64,000 nucleotides of DNA from Octopus vulgaris (lineage: Eukaryota). The DNA lies in NCBI GenBank assembly GCA_951406725.2, contig OX597818.1:29636001-29700000 (forward strand). The letters are read 5' to 3'. A program made the position numbers and the translations under genes. Shown in pieces: positions 1 to 13,830 of the stretch. Positions within the stretch are counted from its first letter, which is position 1. Every line of letters begins with the position of its first letter. The notes beneath the pieces were generated by a model. It was not told where the DNA came from, did no database searches, and saw nothing but the letters and a program-made list of their open reading frames with translations.

Positions 1-562
1 CAGCAGCCATATTCCTACCGCTCTATGTCACGCTGGTGAGACCCATATTGGAGTATGGGATTCAAGCCTCTTCTCCTTATCTCCTCAAAGACATACAGCA
101 TCTCGAAAGAGTCCAGAAGCTGGCTACCCGCATGGTTTATGGTCTCAAGAATTTGTCTTATGAAGAAAGGCTGAAGACGCTCGACCTTTATTCTCTAGAA
201 AAACGCCGCCGCCGTGGTGATCTCATTCTCACTCACATCATAAGCGGAAAGTGTAACCTCTCGAAAGAGCTGTTCTTCACTCCTGCTCCAGAGTGGCGGC
301 TGCGGGTTCATTCCAAAAAGCTCTACCTGCGACGATTTCATCTCAATCAAAGGAGAGGAGCTTTCTCCGTCCGGGTTGCGGATCCCTGGAACAAGCTGCT
401 AGACGAGATGGTGAAGATGTCGACGACCGCTTTGTTCTAAGTCTCCCTTGACCCCAAGTGGCCTGAACTCTTTACATGAACACCACCCTGTACTTAACTC
501 CATGTCCCCCTACATGGCCTTGCTTTTTGCTTTTGAGCTAAAATTAACTAACTAACTAACTA
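1..562 (+). mobile_element. CR1-type LINE, 3' end (RT C-terminus, 3' UTR, (TAAC)n tail)
   Basis: Translation RPILEYGIQASSPYLLKDIQHLERVQKLATRMV..SYEERLKTLDLYSLEKRRRRGDLI..FSVRVADPWNKL is the typical CR1 ORF2 C-terminus. The element ends in a TAAC repeat at ~545-562. Confidence 0.85.
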
Positions 563-992
563 GCCAATAAAGTTTTCACTGAATCAGTAAACCAACTTAC
601 TTCATCTAAACTTCAATTAAAAAAAAAAATCAGTAGTAACCAAAATAATGGCCACAATTAACTACAATTACTAGATTATTATTAAATTATGACAAGAGAA
701 CCTTGATTGGTTTTTGCACATACTGACTAAAGGTAAAAATAACAGAGAATTACACAGATCAAACTAAGCATTTTTCAAAGCTTTGACTGGTAAATTACAG
801 GGTAACAACACATGCCAAGCGGCACTGAACTGGAGCAAAATCCTACATATGAGAAAATTCATATTGAGTACAGGCAAGTCATGTGGACAAGAAGTTCACT
901 TCACACTCATTTCATTCTAGATTTAGAGTTGACCAATGCTTTAGGAGTAAAATTTAGTGTATGCAAACTGCAGAAGCCCAGTGTATGTGTAT

Positions 993-1024
<32 letters not shown>

Positions 1025-2199
1025 TACATACACACAACTTCATTAGTATGAGCATACAATGCCAGTAGTTGATAGTGCCACGTGAATGGAATATATGGAA
1101 GAGGGAAATAAAGAAGACGTATGACAAACTAGTAAAAGCAGATCTTAAGAGAGTGACCTTCACAAAGGTGATAACTAGGTATCCATGATCTATACTGAAG
1201 CAGTGTGCTGGAAAGAACTCACCCACTCTATACAAGTTTGGTAAAATAGATGTAAAAATGGTGATGGACAATGGGATGTATATCTAATTTGAGATTCTAT
1301 AACCATTATGTTTGCTCTCCATATTTTACTCAACATCTCACTCACTACAATGAAAGCATGAGAAATAACATGCCATCCAGTCTGTATTAAATCATTCCTT
1401 AACATCAAGCATTCTTTATTGCTATCCCTCTCTCACTTCGTTTCATTACTCTCTCTTATCACATGCTTACCACTAACCATTTTCATTATTGTTGTCACTC
1501 TCGCATCTATTACTCAATAGCCCTCTCTTATAACTCACTCTTCTCTCATTACACTGCTTGTATTCAATCTCCTTTCCAACAATCATCATGTAGCTATCAT
1601 TCTCTCTCTTCCAGTCCTTTCTATATCACACTTGAGCTCCACTCACGGATTCTCTTCTAGTCCTCCTTCCTATATCACCCTTCTGCTCCACTCACCATTC
1701 TCTAATATCACCCTCTGGTCCTCTTTCAACACTATAGTGGAACTTAAGATAGAAAGAACTATAGTCTTGCTCAGGACACAATACCTTCTCTTTCCATAAG
1801 CTAATAAACCTGCTTGTTGTTCCTTCACCTGTATTCATATTTTGTTTTCTGGAAACTACAGGAAGCTTGTAATCACATGAATGTCAATATTCATGCTTGT
1901 CACCAGTTGAAAGCTGTGATGTTGGCATTTCTACTCTATACTTTTATAGACCGTTAAAATATCCACCAACTGAAAACAGGTAAGAGTTAAGAATGTAAGA
2001 GCATCTGGCTGTAAAGTCTCGTCTCAAACTCAAACATCTACCACTCCATCTAAACCCATTATTCACATGGGTGTGAATAATGAACACACACACAAACCAC
2101 ATTTGTGAAATTGTATGTGCACTGGCAACTTTATAAACCTTTTTCAATAATAACCAATTTCACTTTTGGTTCTATGATGCAACTTCTTGTTTAAAACCT

Positions 2200-2253
2200 T
2201 CATTTATGTACAAAACACCATATAAATTTATATGGTGTTTTGTACATAAATGA
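2200..2253. repeat. Perfect 54-bp palindrome with no spacer
   Basis: tcatttatgtacaaaacaccatataaa followed immediately by its exact reverse complement tttatatggtgttttgtacataaatga (27+27 bp). Confidence 0.95.
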
Positions 2254-2965
2254 TGACAAGCTTATTTTTACTAAATTTTTCCATTATTTTCAAAATCAAT
2301 TTAAATCAATGGAGTGTTTTCAACAGAAATAATGGTAACAAAACAGTTATTAAATGTGGTGTACCCATTTAAAACAATGGGCAAAACCACTGATAAATTT
2401 ATAACTTAAAGTCTTTTCACTTTTTATTTAACAAAAAAATATCACAATGCATAAATGTTATTGTGCTTCTTACATTCATGATAGTGGAATAAAATAACTA
2501 GCTTGGTGAGCCCCTCATTCTACTTCACCCTGATTTTGAGTTGTTTATGTGTAAGAAGGATGTGGTACAGGACTATTTTGTTGATATATGTAGTGACTGC
2601 ATCTTTGAGCTCCGGAAGGAAACTAGGCTGTTTTGGAGGCTTCTGTTCATGGAGGCAGAACATGCTGAGCAAGAGCTGTGTGTTGTGTATAGATGACACT
2701 TATACATTAATGGCTAAGAAAAAAATGAAGTAATGCATCATCTGCATAGAAGTATGCGACTTAGAAGTTATGAGATACAAATGATCAAACAACAGAAAAC
2801 TAGGCTGCAAAATTGAAACTGGAATATTCAAGGAATATTTCAAAAGAAATATAAAATTATGACGTGTCTTGGGTGATGGATTTTTTATATCACTAATACT
2901 GCAACACAACCCAGTAAAATCTACACTATTCTGTTGGAACAAAACTGAATATCTATTATCCTCGG

Positions 2966-3938
2966 CATTTAACATCCATTTTCCACACTAGCATGGGTTG
3001 GATGGTTCGACCGCGTTCTGGGAAGCCAGGAGGCTGGACCAGGCTGCAGTCTGATCTGGCAGTGTTTCTACAGCTGGATGCTCTTCCTAACACCAACCAC
3101 TCCATGAGTATAGTGAGTGCTTTTTACATGCCACTGGCACAGGGGCCAAAGGAGGCTGGAAACGGCCACAATCGGTTGGTGCTTTTTACATGCCACCGGC
3201 ACCAAAGCCAGACATGGCAGCGCTGGCATTGGCCACGTTCGGATGGTGCTTTTTACGTGCCACCGGCACGGGTATCACAACTATAATTTCCATTTGATTT
3301 TTATTTTGATGTTGATGTACTTGACTCAATAGGTCTCCTCAAGCACAGCAGGTCGCCCGACAATCCAAGGTACTTTGGATGGGCTGGGGCTGCTATGTGA
3401 AGCTGGTGCAGGAAACAGCCATGAACTCATGCTATTTGTGTGACAGAATCTGTTTTCTGAGAATCTGTCCCTGTGCATCTGTCACACTCAAAAGTTATCT
3501 TCTCCGTTAATTTTCCTTTGATGTTGCTGCACCTCTTATGCATCCATAGCTGACACTGGGTACATCTTATGGAGTTTCTACCTTCACCTATCTACAGATC
3601 GGGAAAGGCCACCTACTTGAGTGGTTGCGTGATGAGTTCACCTTCCTACTTACTAGAACTTTAGTCTTTGCTACATTCACTCTAAGGCCTTTTGATTCTA
3701 GACCTAGCTTCCACACCCAAAATTTCTTTTCTAGTTCTGGTAGTGATTCTGCTATGAGGGTCAGGTCATCAGCATGGAGGAGCTCCCAGGGGCAACCCAT
3801 CTTGAATTCCTTTGTTATTACCTGGAGGACTATGATGAATAAAAGGAGATTGAGGGCTAAACCTTGGTGGACCCCTACTTCTACCCAGAATTCTTCACTA
3901 TACTCATTGTCAATCCTAACCTTGCTAACGGCCTCCAT
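2966..3938 (-). mobile_element. RTE-clade LINE fragment (RT piece plus 3' UTR, internally deleted)
   Basis: ORF 3588-3938 has VGVHQG..LLFIIVLQ..PWELLHADDL (YADD box). The 3' UTR matches the other RTE copies in the window. Confidence 0.85.
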
Positions 3939-4003
3939 TCGTCAATCTCCAGTTTCTGCATCGCCTGACAATTGACCGATGAATACAAAATGAATTGAAA
4001 ACG

Positions 4004-4520
4004 TACAAAGGCCAGCTGAAAAGTTCACAGGCTGACAAGATACTTTCATGGTATGTGACCAAAAGAGGTTAATTTTTTCAATATAACTCCCCTTGTGATC
4101 CACATACTTTTTCCATCGATGTTGCAGTGCTTGGATCCCATTGATATAAAGCTTTCATCCTGTTGGTCAAAAAAAATCATCAATAGCAGATACGACATCA
4201 TCATCACAATACTGGTTCCTGGCCAAACGTTTTAGTCAGATGGGGCCAAATCAAGAGAACAGGGAGGGCGACCAACCAGTTCAAAGTCACAGTCATGCAA
4301 AGCCATGGAAATCAAGGACTTGTGTGCTGGAGCATTGTCCTGATGAAAGAAGACCCCTTTCGTCAGTTTTCCTGGACATTTGGTCTTGATAGCCTTTTGT
4401 AACTCCTCAGCAAGTAGGCTCTTTTTGAAGACAGCCACTAAACACATTGCCTTTTGCATCCCAAAAAACAGAGGCCATTACCTTCCCTGCAGATCAAATG
4501 ACTTTTGCCTTTTTTTGGAA
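4004..4520 (-). mobile_element. Degraded mariner transposon (transposase C-terminal remnant)
   Basis: FHQDNAPAHKS...PPCSLDLAPSD matches the mariner HDNARPH and YSPDLAPSD motifs. TIR-like sequence near 4004. Confidence 0.75.
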
Positions 4521-5029
4521 CATTCTGCAGTAGGATGATAAGAGATGTGAGGTGTTGTAGATAAGGCTGTGTCAATTTTAGCATCTACTTTTTCATGCTT
4601 ACACAAGTCAGATGGAATTTCTTAGTGCAAATTTTCTATGGTCAAATGCCTTTCCTGTCACCAGCCCTCACCTGTTGCCAGCAAAGTATTATTTCCTTTT
4701 GGCCAAACATGTTTTCATGAAGACCAGAGGCAAATAATATTGCTTGCATTATGGTGATGCTCCTTTACAACCGCCGCATGATATCAAGACAAGGGCACAA
4801 ACAAACATGTGTGCACACAAGTTTCTACCTACCAAATCTACTCAAGGCTTTAATTAACCAGGGTCTATAGTAGAAGACACTTGCCCAAAATGTTGCACAG
4901 TAGGTAGTAACGACACAGCCATGCCTGCACAAAGCATCCAAGAGAATCAAGATACAGGTGAGAAGTATGTACAAATTCATAATGCCATACTTGCATTGAG
5001 TGATACTGAAAAGAGACATGGAAGCGCTA

Positions 5030-5720
5030 CTATGAAAATCTGTTAAATGTGAAGAATGCATATGAGAAAAAATGTCTTCTCAGCACAGATCTACCAAAGG
5101 GAACAGTCATTTTAGTAGATAGCACTATGAAAAACAAGGTTCTCAAGATAGAGAAAGCCCCTGGTCCATCATGAATTACAGCTGAAATGTTTAAATTATC
5201 CAGCAGAATACGGTACAGCCTAGTCACCAGTACAATCAGACTGTATGGAAGGTGCCACGTCCAGTAACCATGGCAGCATCATAATCAACACTCACAAGGG
5301 CCAATGATTAAAAAAAGGTAATTACAGAGGTACAAATTTGATGGACCAGATTTTGAAAGTTATAGGAAGAGTTAGCTCAATTAAGAGAAACCTAGATGAA
5401 AATGCAGTTCAGTTCTGCATGAAGAAGTATTATTAATGCCATCTTCCTTGTGAAGAACTTACAGAAGTATTTAGCAAAGGGTAAGCCGCTATATTTAGCA
5501 TTCATTGGCCTAGAGAAAGCCTTTCACAAAATCTGTCAATCTGTAATTTGGTGGCTGCTGAAGAAGTTAAGAGTAGATGAATGACTTGTGAGAACCATAG
5601 AACCATAAATGGAGGTGCTGTAAAATTAACAGTGAGAGTGAACAAGAGCAACAACAAATTCAAAGAGCAGATAGGGACCAAGAGCACAGTTCTCAATCCA
5701 TTTCTATTCAACTTTGTCAT
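5030..5720 (+). mobile_element. Old, decayed RTE LINE fragment
   Basis: gagaaagcccctggtccatc..attacagctgaaatg (KAPGPS.ITAEM) and downstream segments are colinear with the younger RTE at 11277-11700. Many stops and frameshifts. Confidence 0.65.
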
Positions 5721-6448
5721 CCTATTAATGCTATTCAGTACTACATATCTGGACTTTACACTGTCAAGAATCAAATGTTTTTGAGAAAAATACCATTTCA
5801 AAAGAAATATTTCATGGTTTCCTATAAACTTCAGCATTCATACAGTTTTCGAAATAACTGTAGGAACTTCCACATGTGCCGCTAGTATATTTAATTTTGT
5901 TTCACTTTACTGAACTAAAACTTAGTAAACTTTCAAATGACAATTTACAGAATCAGCTTATCTAACCAAAAGAAAGCACTGAAAATTTTTTTTACTTAAC
6001 CTTTTAGTTGAGCCAAATGTTAACTTACTGAGCACTCTTTGACCTTTATAGAAAGAATTCTAAATCAATAAAAAAAGTTCCTTATATTTTGAGAAGGTCA
6101 CTCAGACTTGTAGGCAGATACTGACAGAGCACTCCACATTCTAGAACCATTGATGACTTAGATTTTCCATTTTTTTTTAAATATGTAATCATAATTCAGA
6201 CTAAAACCAACAATTTCTCTGAAGAAAATCAAAAAGGGACTAAGAATTTATATTTATGCTTTAAAATAGTTTTTGTCACTGAAAATTTATGTATATCTAA
6301 AAGTATGACTAGCAACATTGCATGTACATTGATTCAAAGTTTTTAATATCTTTTCTTTTTAAAAAAAAAAAAAGTATATTGACAAAACAAGTGAGTTTTT
6401 AGGATTTCACATTCATTTTGAAATAATATCAAAATCTATAGCCTTTAA

Positions 6449-6660
6449 CCCTTTCATTACCAATCCAGCTGAAACTAGCTGAGTACACAAATGTCTTGTT
6501 TTCATAAGTTTTGAATTAAAATCTTCCACCAAACCTTAGTCACAATTTATGTTCCTAACACTAGCTGAATGATAACTAAGTTATTTTACTAAATTCTTTG
6601 TTATATTTAAAGTAATTGAAAGAAACAGATCATCTCAAAATAAATACAGTAACGAAAGGG
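6449..6660. mobile_element. piggyBac-type MITE (212 bp)
   Basis: TTAA on both sides (6445-6448, 6661-6664). Termini CCCTTTCATTAC and GTAACGAAAGGG are an 11/12 inverted match. Confidence 0.85.
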
Positions 6661-9289
6661 TTAACCTGAGATAGTCTTCACACATTTATCCAATAAATTG
6701 TTTTTAATAACCAATAAATCAATGTTACAATAGAGTACTCCACTTAATTATTAATTATGTGGATATTTATAAGTTATTCTACCACATGTATAATTTAATT
6801 ATACCACATGTATAATTTAATAATACACTATTTGAAGAAATAATTGGTTGAGATGGTTAAACTCCCTATTCTCAAAGTTTCCATGTTACAGAAGAAAAAA
6901 AAATTAATACTGTAATGTCAACATGCAAAACAGATGTTAAAAAATATCCACTACCTAACTTTTTTTGTCTTATTTCTGAAATTTTTATTAATTAAATTAC
7001 AATTGTTTTAATAGACTATTGATGAAAAAGAATTAGAAAAATGTTTTATAAAATAGTTTAACTACCCTTAACAATAAAATCTACAAAAGTAGTTCAATAC
7101 GCCATATGAGTGAAAAAGTTAATATTTTTTTTTTTTAAATGTCTGGTTATAAGAAACATTCATTAAATATTGACTACAGAAGACAGTTTTATGCAAGTCA
7201 TAATAATATTATCCATTTTATATTTCTGCAATTGAGGATTGAACTTCAAAAGCATTTCAAAAGTTGCTCTCTATCCTGTTCCACATATGCACATACCTAT
7301 GCAAATATCTTGTCAATATATACTTCCTATATTTAAATGAAAGAGAAATTTGAAGGTAACTTGGCTGCTATATCTAACAAGTCAAGTGTCCAAACAAAGT
7401 TTTATCTTGTTGGCTTTGTTGTGTATTCTCTAATCAGTTAAAGTAAAAAGAAGAGAAAAAACAATGAAAGGCATCCTAATTATGAAGGTCCCATAATTTA
7501 AATAATAGCCTTTATTTAAGTGAGGAGTTAGAAGTTTGGCTATTATTTCCAGCAAATTGAGTGACCATATGTCAGCTCTCTGTTCAAGAAAATCGCTTGT
7601 CCATGAACATTTCTATCCTCCTCACACAGTTTTTGTGTTCAGTGTAGGCAGCTGAGGTAACAGTTTGTTCACTAGTTAGTAGCTGAAATAACAGACTAGT
7701 TAGATGCCTTTAGAGACTGTGAGTTTTGATTTAAGAAGGGTCATAGAAAAGGAGCTTTCTTATATAAACATGACACAGCAGCAGCAGGTATTATCTAGAC
7801 AAGAACGAGGTTCAAATCTGCTACCTCATATTTGAGTTCAAACTTTGCTTGTATCAATGTTGTTTGTCCTAACTTTTCAGAATGAAACAGCAACTAGATT
7901 TTCTCTTCACTGAGAAACAAAATTATTTGATCTTTAATACCTTGAAGAACAATGTTAGAGAAGGCAGAGTCTACAATTAAGTGATCTATCACATGCTGGG
8001 TGAGTGCTCTCCCTTAGGTAAAGCTGGACTTAAAATTGTAACACTAAAGTCTTTGATATACAATATCTTACAACAGTTTATTCAATGAATCCAATATCAT
8101 AAGTTCAACACAATCCTTTCACAATTTTTGGAACTGGTTACATAGGTTTGAACATTTTCTGGCTAGAATTTATTACCTTGACAAACTTACACACACACAT
8201 GTAAATTTCATATATTATTACAAAACCTTCAAACTTAACACAGTTAAGTGACAATTATGATCATAGAATTAATTTCAACAAGTAGACAAAGCTTTTTTTA
8301 GCCCACAACATGCAAACAAGGGTCAACTGAAATCCTGGATCAGCTTCTTCAAGCTTGACACTAGATATAAAGCCTCCTAACACTCAAACACCATTTACAC
8401 CATTTGACCTCTTACCTCCTCTTGTATCTTCTCTCTTTCTGACAGCCATTCTCTATCATTCCAGTGATATAGACCACATTCATACATTCCCACATTTACA
8501 CTCTGTCTTTGGACTTTTTTTTTCCATCTCCCCAGGCATTTGATCTCATTTTATAATCTTTGAAATTTATCATCTTGATACCATTTAACCCCCTACCTCT
8601 GTTAGTATTCAGAACCATTTCAATGTTATCCATCTTTCATTCTTAACACTGTCTTCTCCACTCACATTTTACATAGATTACTCTGCTGACCCACCATTAT
8701 ACACTTGTCCTCATTCATTACGTCTGCCCTGCTCTTACAACCTACCTATGCACATCTTTCTCTCCCTTTCGTCTACCCTCTCTCTTCTTGCACCATCTAC
8801 TATATCATTTTTATTACAATTCTGCTGTTCTTTATCTCACTACCTCCTTTTCCCTCAACTATCATTGGTCACCCTTCACAACTTCTACAGTTGTCACCTA
8901 CTTTTACCTATTTCTCCTACTTATATCCCTTAACAATTGTTCATAAAGTTCACCCACGCATCAGTTACCTATAGCTAACTGTCTTTCACTCACCCACACT
9001 CTTGCAACCTCTATCCAACTACATTTCTTGTTCACCTATACCCACTCACTTCTCATCTCACATCTTGAAGGTCCACCCTGACACCTCATCTCCATTATTT
9101 TTATCTTTCCACCTCCAACACAACTACTTCCCATCCTCTCTTCTGTTATGTGAATAGTTGTGTAGCTAATGGACAGCTAGAAATCTATTCTTCAGTTTCT
9201 TTTCGCTCATCTTAATCACCCATCCAAAAGAATAAAACCACTTTCCCCCCTCACTATAGCCCCACTCAGTCTTACAGAGTGCATGGCAA

Positions 9290-9505
9290 CATACACATTA
9301 TATTATATACATATATGTATATATACACAAATATAAATATATATATACATTGTATATACACACACATACACTATATATATACATCCACACACATATACAC
9401 ACACACACATATATACATTATATATACACATTATACATATACATACATACACATTATACATATACATATACACATTATACATATACATACATATACACAT
9501 TATAC

Positions 9506-9536
<31 letters not shown>

Positions 9537-9540
9537 TATC
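9290..9540. repeat. Compound TA/CA microsatellite (left flank of RTE)
   Basis: Reiterated tatatacacat/cattata units. The same motif resumes at ~11912-12198 on the other side of the RTE. Confidence 0.9.
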
Positions 9541-11905
9541 ATCAGCATCGTTTAACGTCCGTTTTCCAAGCTAGCATGGGTTGGACAGTTCGACTGGGGT
9601 CTGGGAAGCCAGGAGGCCACACCTGGCTCCAGTCTGATCTAGCAGTGTTTCTAGAGCTGGATGCCCTTCCTAACGCCAACCACTCTGTGAGCGTAATGGG
9701 TGCTTTTTACATGCCACCAGCACAGGGGTTAAGCAAGACTGACAATGGCCACGATCAGTTGGTGCTTTTTACGTGCCACTGGCATAGGTATCACAAGTAC
9801 AATTTCCATTTGATTTTTTGATGTTGATGTACAGGACTCAATAGGTCTCCTCAAGCACAGCAGGCCGTCCTGTGTTTCAAGGTACTTTGGATGGGCTGGG
9901 GCTTCTCTGTGAAGCTGGTGCAGGAAACAGCCAAGAACTCACGTTAAGGGTATGAAGCCAGGGAAAGCCCCTGGCCCATCAGGAATCACTGCTGAGATGC
10001 TTAAAATATCTGGTGGTGTGGGATATGGCCTAGTTACCCGCATTGTAAACCAGGTAGTTCATAATGAAGTCATACCCAATGACTGGCGTAGCAGCAGCTT
10101 AGTGCCTCTGTGAGACCCAACGTTCGAAGGTCATGCTTGACCACCTCATCCCATGTCTTCCTGGGTCTACCTCAACCCCGGATTCCTTCAACTGTTTGGG
10201 AGTGGCACTTCACACATCTCTCCTCATCCATCCGTAGTACATGACCATACCAGCGCAGACGTCTCTCTTGCACTCCACATCAAATGCTTATGTCCAGCAT
10301 TTCTCTCAGGGCACTTACACTGACATTACACATCCAGCAGATCATGCTAGCTTCATTTCTTTCAAGCCTATGCATGTCCTCCGCAGTCACAGCCCATGTT
10401 TCTCTACAGTGAAGCATGGCAGTTTGCACACACGTGTCATACAATCTACCTTTCACTCTGAGTGAGAGACCCTTTGTCACCAGTAGGGGTAGGAGCTTTC
10501 TGAACTTTGCCCAGGCTATTCTTATTCTAGTGGTAACACTCTCTGAGCATCCACCCCCACTACTAACTTGGTCACCTAGGTAGTGGAAACTATCAACTAC
10601 TTCTAGTTTCTCTCCCAGGAGTGTAATGGAATCTGTTTTCTGAGTATCAATGGTGTCTATTGACCCTGTGCATCTGCCGCACACGAAAGCTTATCTTCTC
10701 GGTTAATTTTCCTTTGATGGTGCTGCACCTCTGATGTGTCCATAGCTTACACTGGGTACATCTTATGGAGTTTCTACCTACACCTTTTCTACATATCGAG
10801 CAGGGCCACCTACCTGAAAGGAGAGTGTGGTGTTTTTACCTTCCTACTTACTAGAACTTTGGTCTTTGCTACATTGACTCTAGGGCCTTTTGATTCTAAA
10901 CCTAGCTTCCACACCCAAGATTTCTTCTCTAGTTCCGGTAGTGATTCTGCTATGTGGGCCAGGTCATCAGCATAGAGGAGCTCCCAGAGGCAACCCATCT
11001 TGAATTCCTCTGTTATTGCCTGAAGGACTATGATGAATAGAAAGGGGCTGAGGGCTGAACCTTGGTGGACGCCAACTTCTACCCGGAATTCTTCACTGTA
11101 CTCATTGCCAATCCTAACCTTGCTACAGCCTCTCTGTATAGGACCTGTACAGCCTTTATTAACCATTCATCAATCTTCAGTTTCCGCAAGGCCCACCAGA
11201 TAAGGGATCAGGGGGCCCTGTTAAAGGATTTCTCCAAGTCCACAAAAGCTATGTAGAGGGGTTTATCTTTAGCTAGTTATTTCTCCTGCAGTTGTCGAAC
11301 CATGAATATGGCATCAGTGGTGCTTCTACCCAGCACAAAACCGAACTGCATCTCATCTAAGCAGACTCTCTCCCTAATGAGATGGGCTATAACCCTCTCT
11401 GTGACCTTCATCATCACCTGATTCAACAGTTTAATACCCCTGTAGTTATTTCTATCTAGAGCATCAGCTTTACCCTTGTAGCAGTTAACTATGGTGCTGC
11501 TACGCCAGTCATTGGGTATGACTTCATTATGAACTACCTGGTTTACAATGCAGGTAACTAGGCCATATCCCACACCACCAGATGTTTTAAGCATCTCAGC
11601 AGTGATTCCTGATGGGCCAGGGGCTTTCCCTGGCTTCATACCCTTAATTGCTTTATCTATTAGGGAGCTGCCTATTGGGATAGCTGGTCCCTCTACTGGG
11701 TCAACATTTGGCAGGCTCTCCTCCTCCCATTCATTGTCCACATTCAGCAGTCTCTCATAATGGCTTCTCCAAGCCTCTTTCACATATAGATCATACACAC
11801 TGGCCTGCTCACTTAGGCAGCGGGGTCGCATCATTTGAAAGCTAAAACAATGCAAAGTGCATTGTGACAAGCGATGTATAGCAGCATCTGATAGCCTAGT
11901 CAGTC
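9539..11905 (-). mobile_element. 5'-truncated RTE LINE (RT domain and 3' UTR) inserted in a microsatellite
   Basis: Frameshifted ORFs 11277-11870 (GKAPGPSGITAEM, DWRSS, NYRGIKLL, QFGF..GRSTTDAIF), 10810-11166 (GVHQGSALSPFLF, LYADD) and 10280-10684 (FHYLGD). The (GAT)-type tail is at ~9539. Confidence 0.92.
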
Positions 11906-12155
11906 ACGGTCATCACATTATATATACACACATATATACATTATATATAAATACACATATATACACATACATATACATTATATACACATATATACATTAT
12001 ATATATACACATATACATTATATATACACACATATACATTATATATACACACATACACATTATATATACACACATACATATACATATATATACATTATAT
12101 ACATATATACATTATATACATATATATACACACATATACATACATATATATATAC

Positions 12156-12195
<40 letters not shown>

Positions 12196-12395
12196 CATAG
12201 CCATAAATATTCATATCTTTTTCTTTCACTTTTTTCAGTGATTAGACTGCAGCCAAGCTGGGGCACCACCTTGAATTTTTTGTTACATGAATCAACCACA
12301 GTGCTTTCTGTCCTTTTGAAGCCTGGTACTTTTTCTATCAATCTCTTTGCCAAACTACTCTGTTACAGGAACATAAGCACACCAAACAGACATAC

Positions 12396-12436
<41 letters not shown>

Positions 12437-13429
12437 ACAGATTTCTTTCACTTTCTGTCTACCAAATTCACTTAGAATGCTTTGGTCAGCCCAAGGCTCC
12501 AGAAGACATTTGCCCAAGGTGCTAGGCAGCAGGACTGAATGCAAAACCAAGTGGTTAGGAAACAAACTTCCCAACCACATGGTTCTTACTACATATCAGT
12601 AAGAAGTTTGCTTCTTACTACACAGTAATATATACTAATATACACATATATAAATAGCATAGTTGGAAATTGTAATGAGGAAGATACTAACAATGCATAC
12701 TAAATTCTACAAAGACAGTGACAGAATCTATGTTAAATGGAGGGATAAATGTAGAGACCTAAGACAAACAGCCTTTGAGTATAGCAGTGTCACTTAGACA
12801 ACTACTGAACAGTAAAGAGAGCAGTACATCACAATTGTGATGGTAAATAACATTGAGATTAGGCAGAGAACTCCTACAAAGGTACTGAGTGTACAGCTGC
12901 TCCATGTAAACCAAGCTTAATTGGACTGACCTACTTATGCAGAGACTTAGAAAAGGAATACTCATTATACCAGCCAAAAGTTATGCCGGCATACGTATTC
13001 CATAAGCTAGAGAATGCCAACACTGACATGAATTGTAGCCTCCCTAGACCTGTGATAAGTACTTGACACTTCATTTGGAAGGCAACACCTTTGTTATCCA
13101 AGAATTGGAGAGAGTTACTAAATACCTGCTCAACATAAGAGATAAAAAATACCTCTAGATTCCCACACGATAGTGTCAATTGTGCCATGCCAGTGTGGAA
13201 AGTATCACTCATATCATCAGTAGCAGTACAAAAAGGTTTGCAAGATACTACCATCCCAGGAGACAAGTACAATGTTATATGCAGGACCATCTTGAAGGCC
13301 ATAAAAAGGCATACTCCATTTTTCTCTAGTCTTCACAATTCCTCTGCATTCAAGGCCCACATCTTACTACCAAACAGCCTCATTGTCTGTACACCAGTAT
13401 CATATATCCTAACCTTCACTGAGGGAAGA

Positions 13430-13830
13430 GCTCCCTGAACTTTTTCTAACCATCGCTAACGTTTTCTAATCATCCACCCCACATCCAGAGAGCTACCTGT
13501 GCATTGAAAAAAGTATTTTGCATGTTTTTTTGTACTAATTACCCCTGTACATTGTCTGATGTGAAGTCTACCCATCTTCTGTTAACTTGCATGTGATTCC
13601 ATTACACGTCTTATTCAGCTATAGTTTACATAGCCACACTGATAGCTATTTCTTATGAGCAACAGGATTGGCTTCTCTACTTTCTAATTTTATAGTCTTT
13701 GTCAAGTTTACTTTGAAGCCGCTCAATTCTAGATTTGGTTTCCAGGCTTGCAATTTCTTTATTTCTACTACAGATTCAGCTAAAAGTCAGGTCTGCATAT
13801 GATTTTCCATATGCAACCATTGTCTTTACT
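13430..13830 (-). mobile_element. Ancient RTE remnant
   Basis: Minus-strand ..tatgcagacctg..tagctgaatc..tggaaaccaaatctagaa..aaagtaaacttgacaaagac aligns by eye with the YADDL..AES..WK..LES..VN..KTK segment of the younger copies. Confidence 0.5.

Noticed and set aside
9140-9195. Degenerate hammerhead-like remnants (also ~33750-33815 minus, ~61558-61620, ~62047-62145)
   Set aside because: Only a stem followed by GAAA is visible. The cores are too decayed to support a call.
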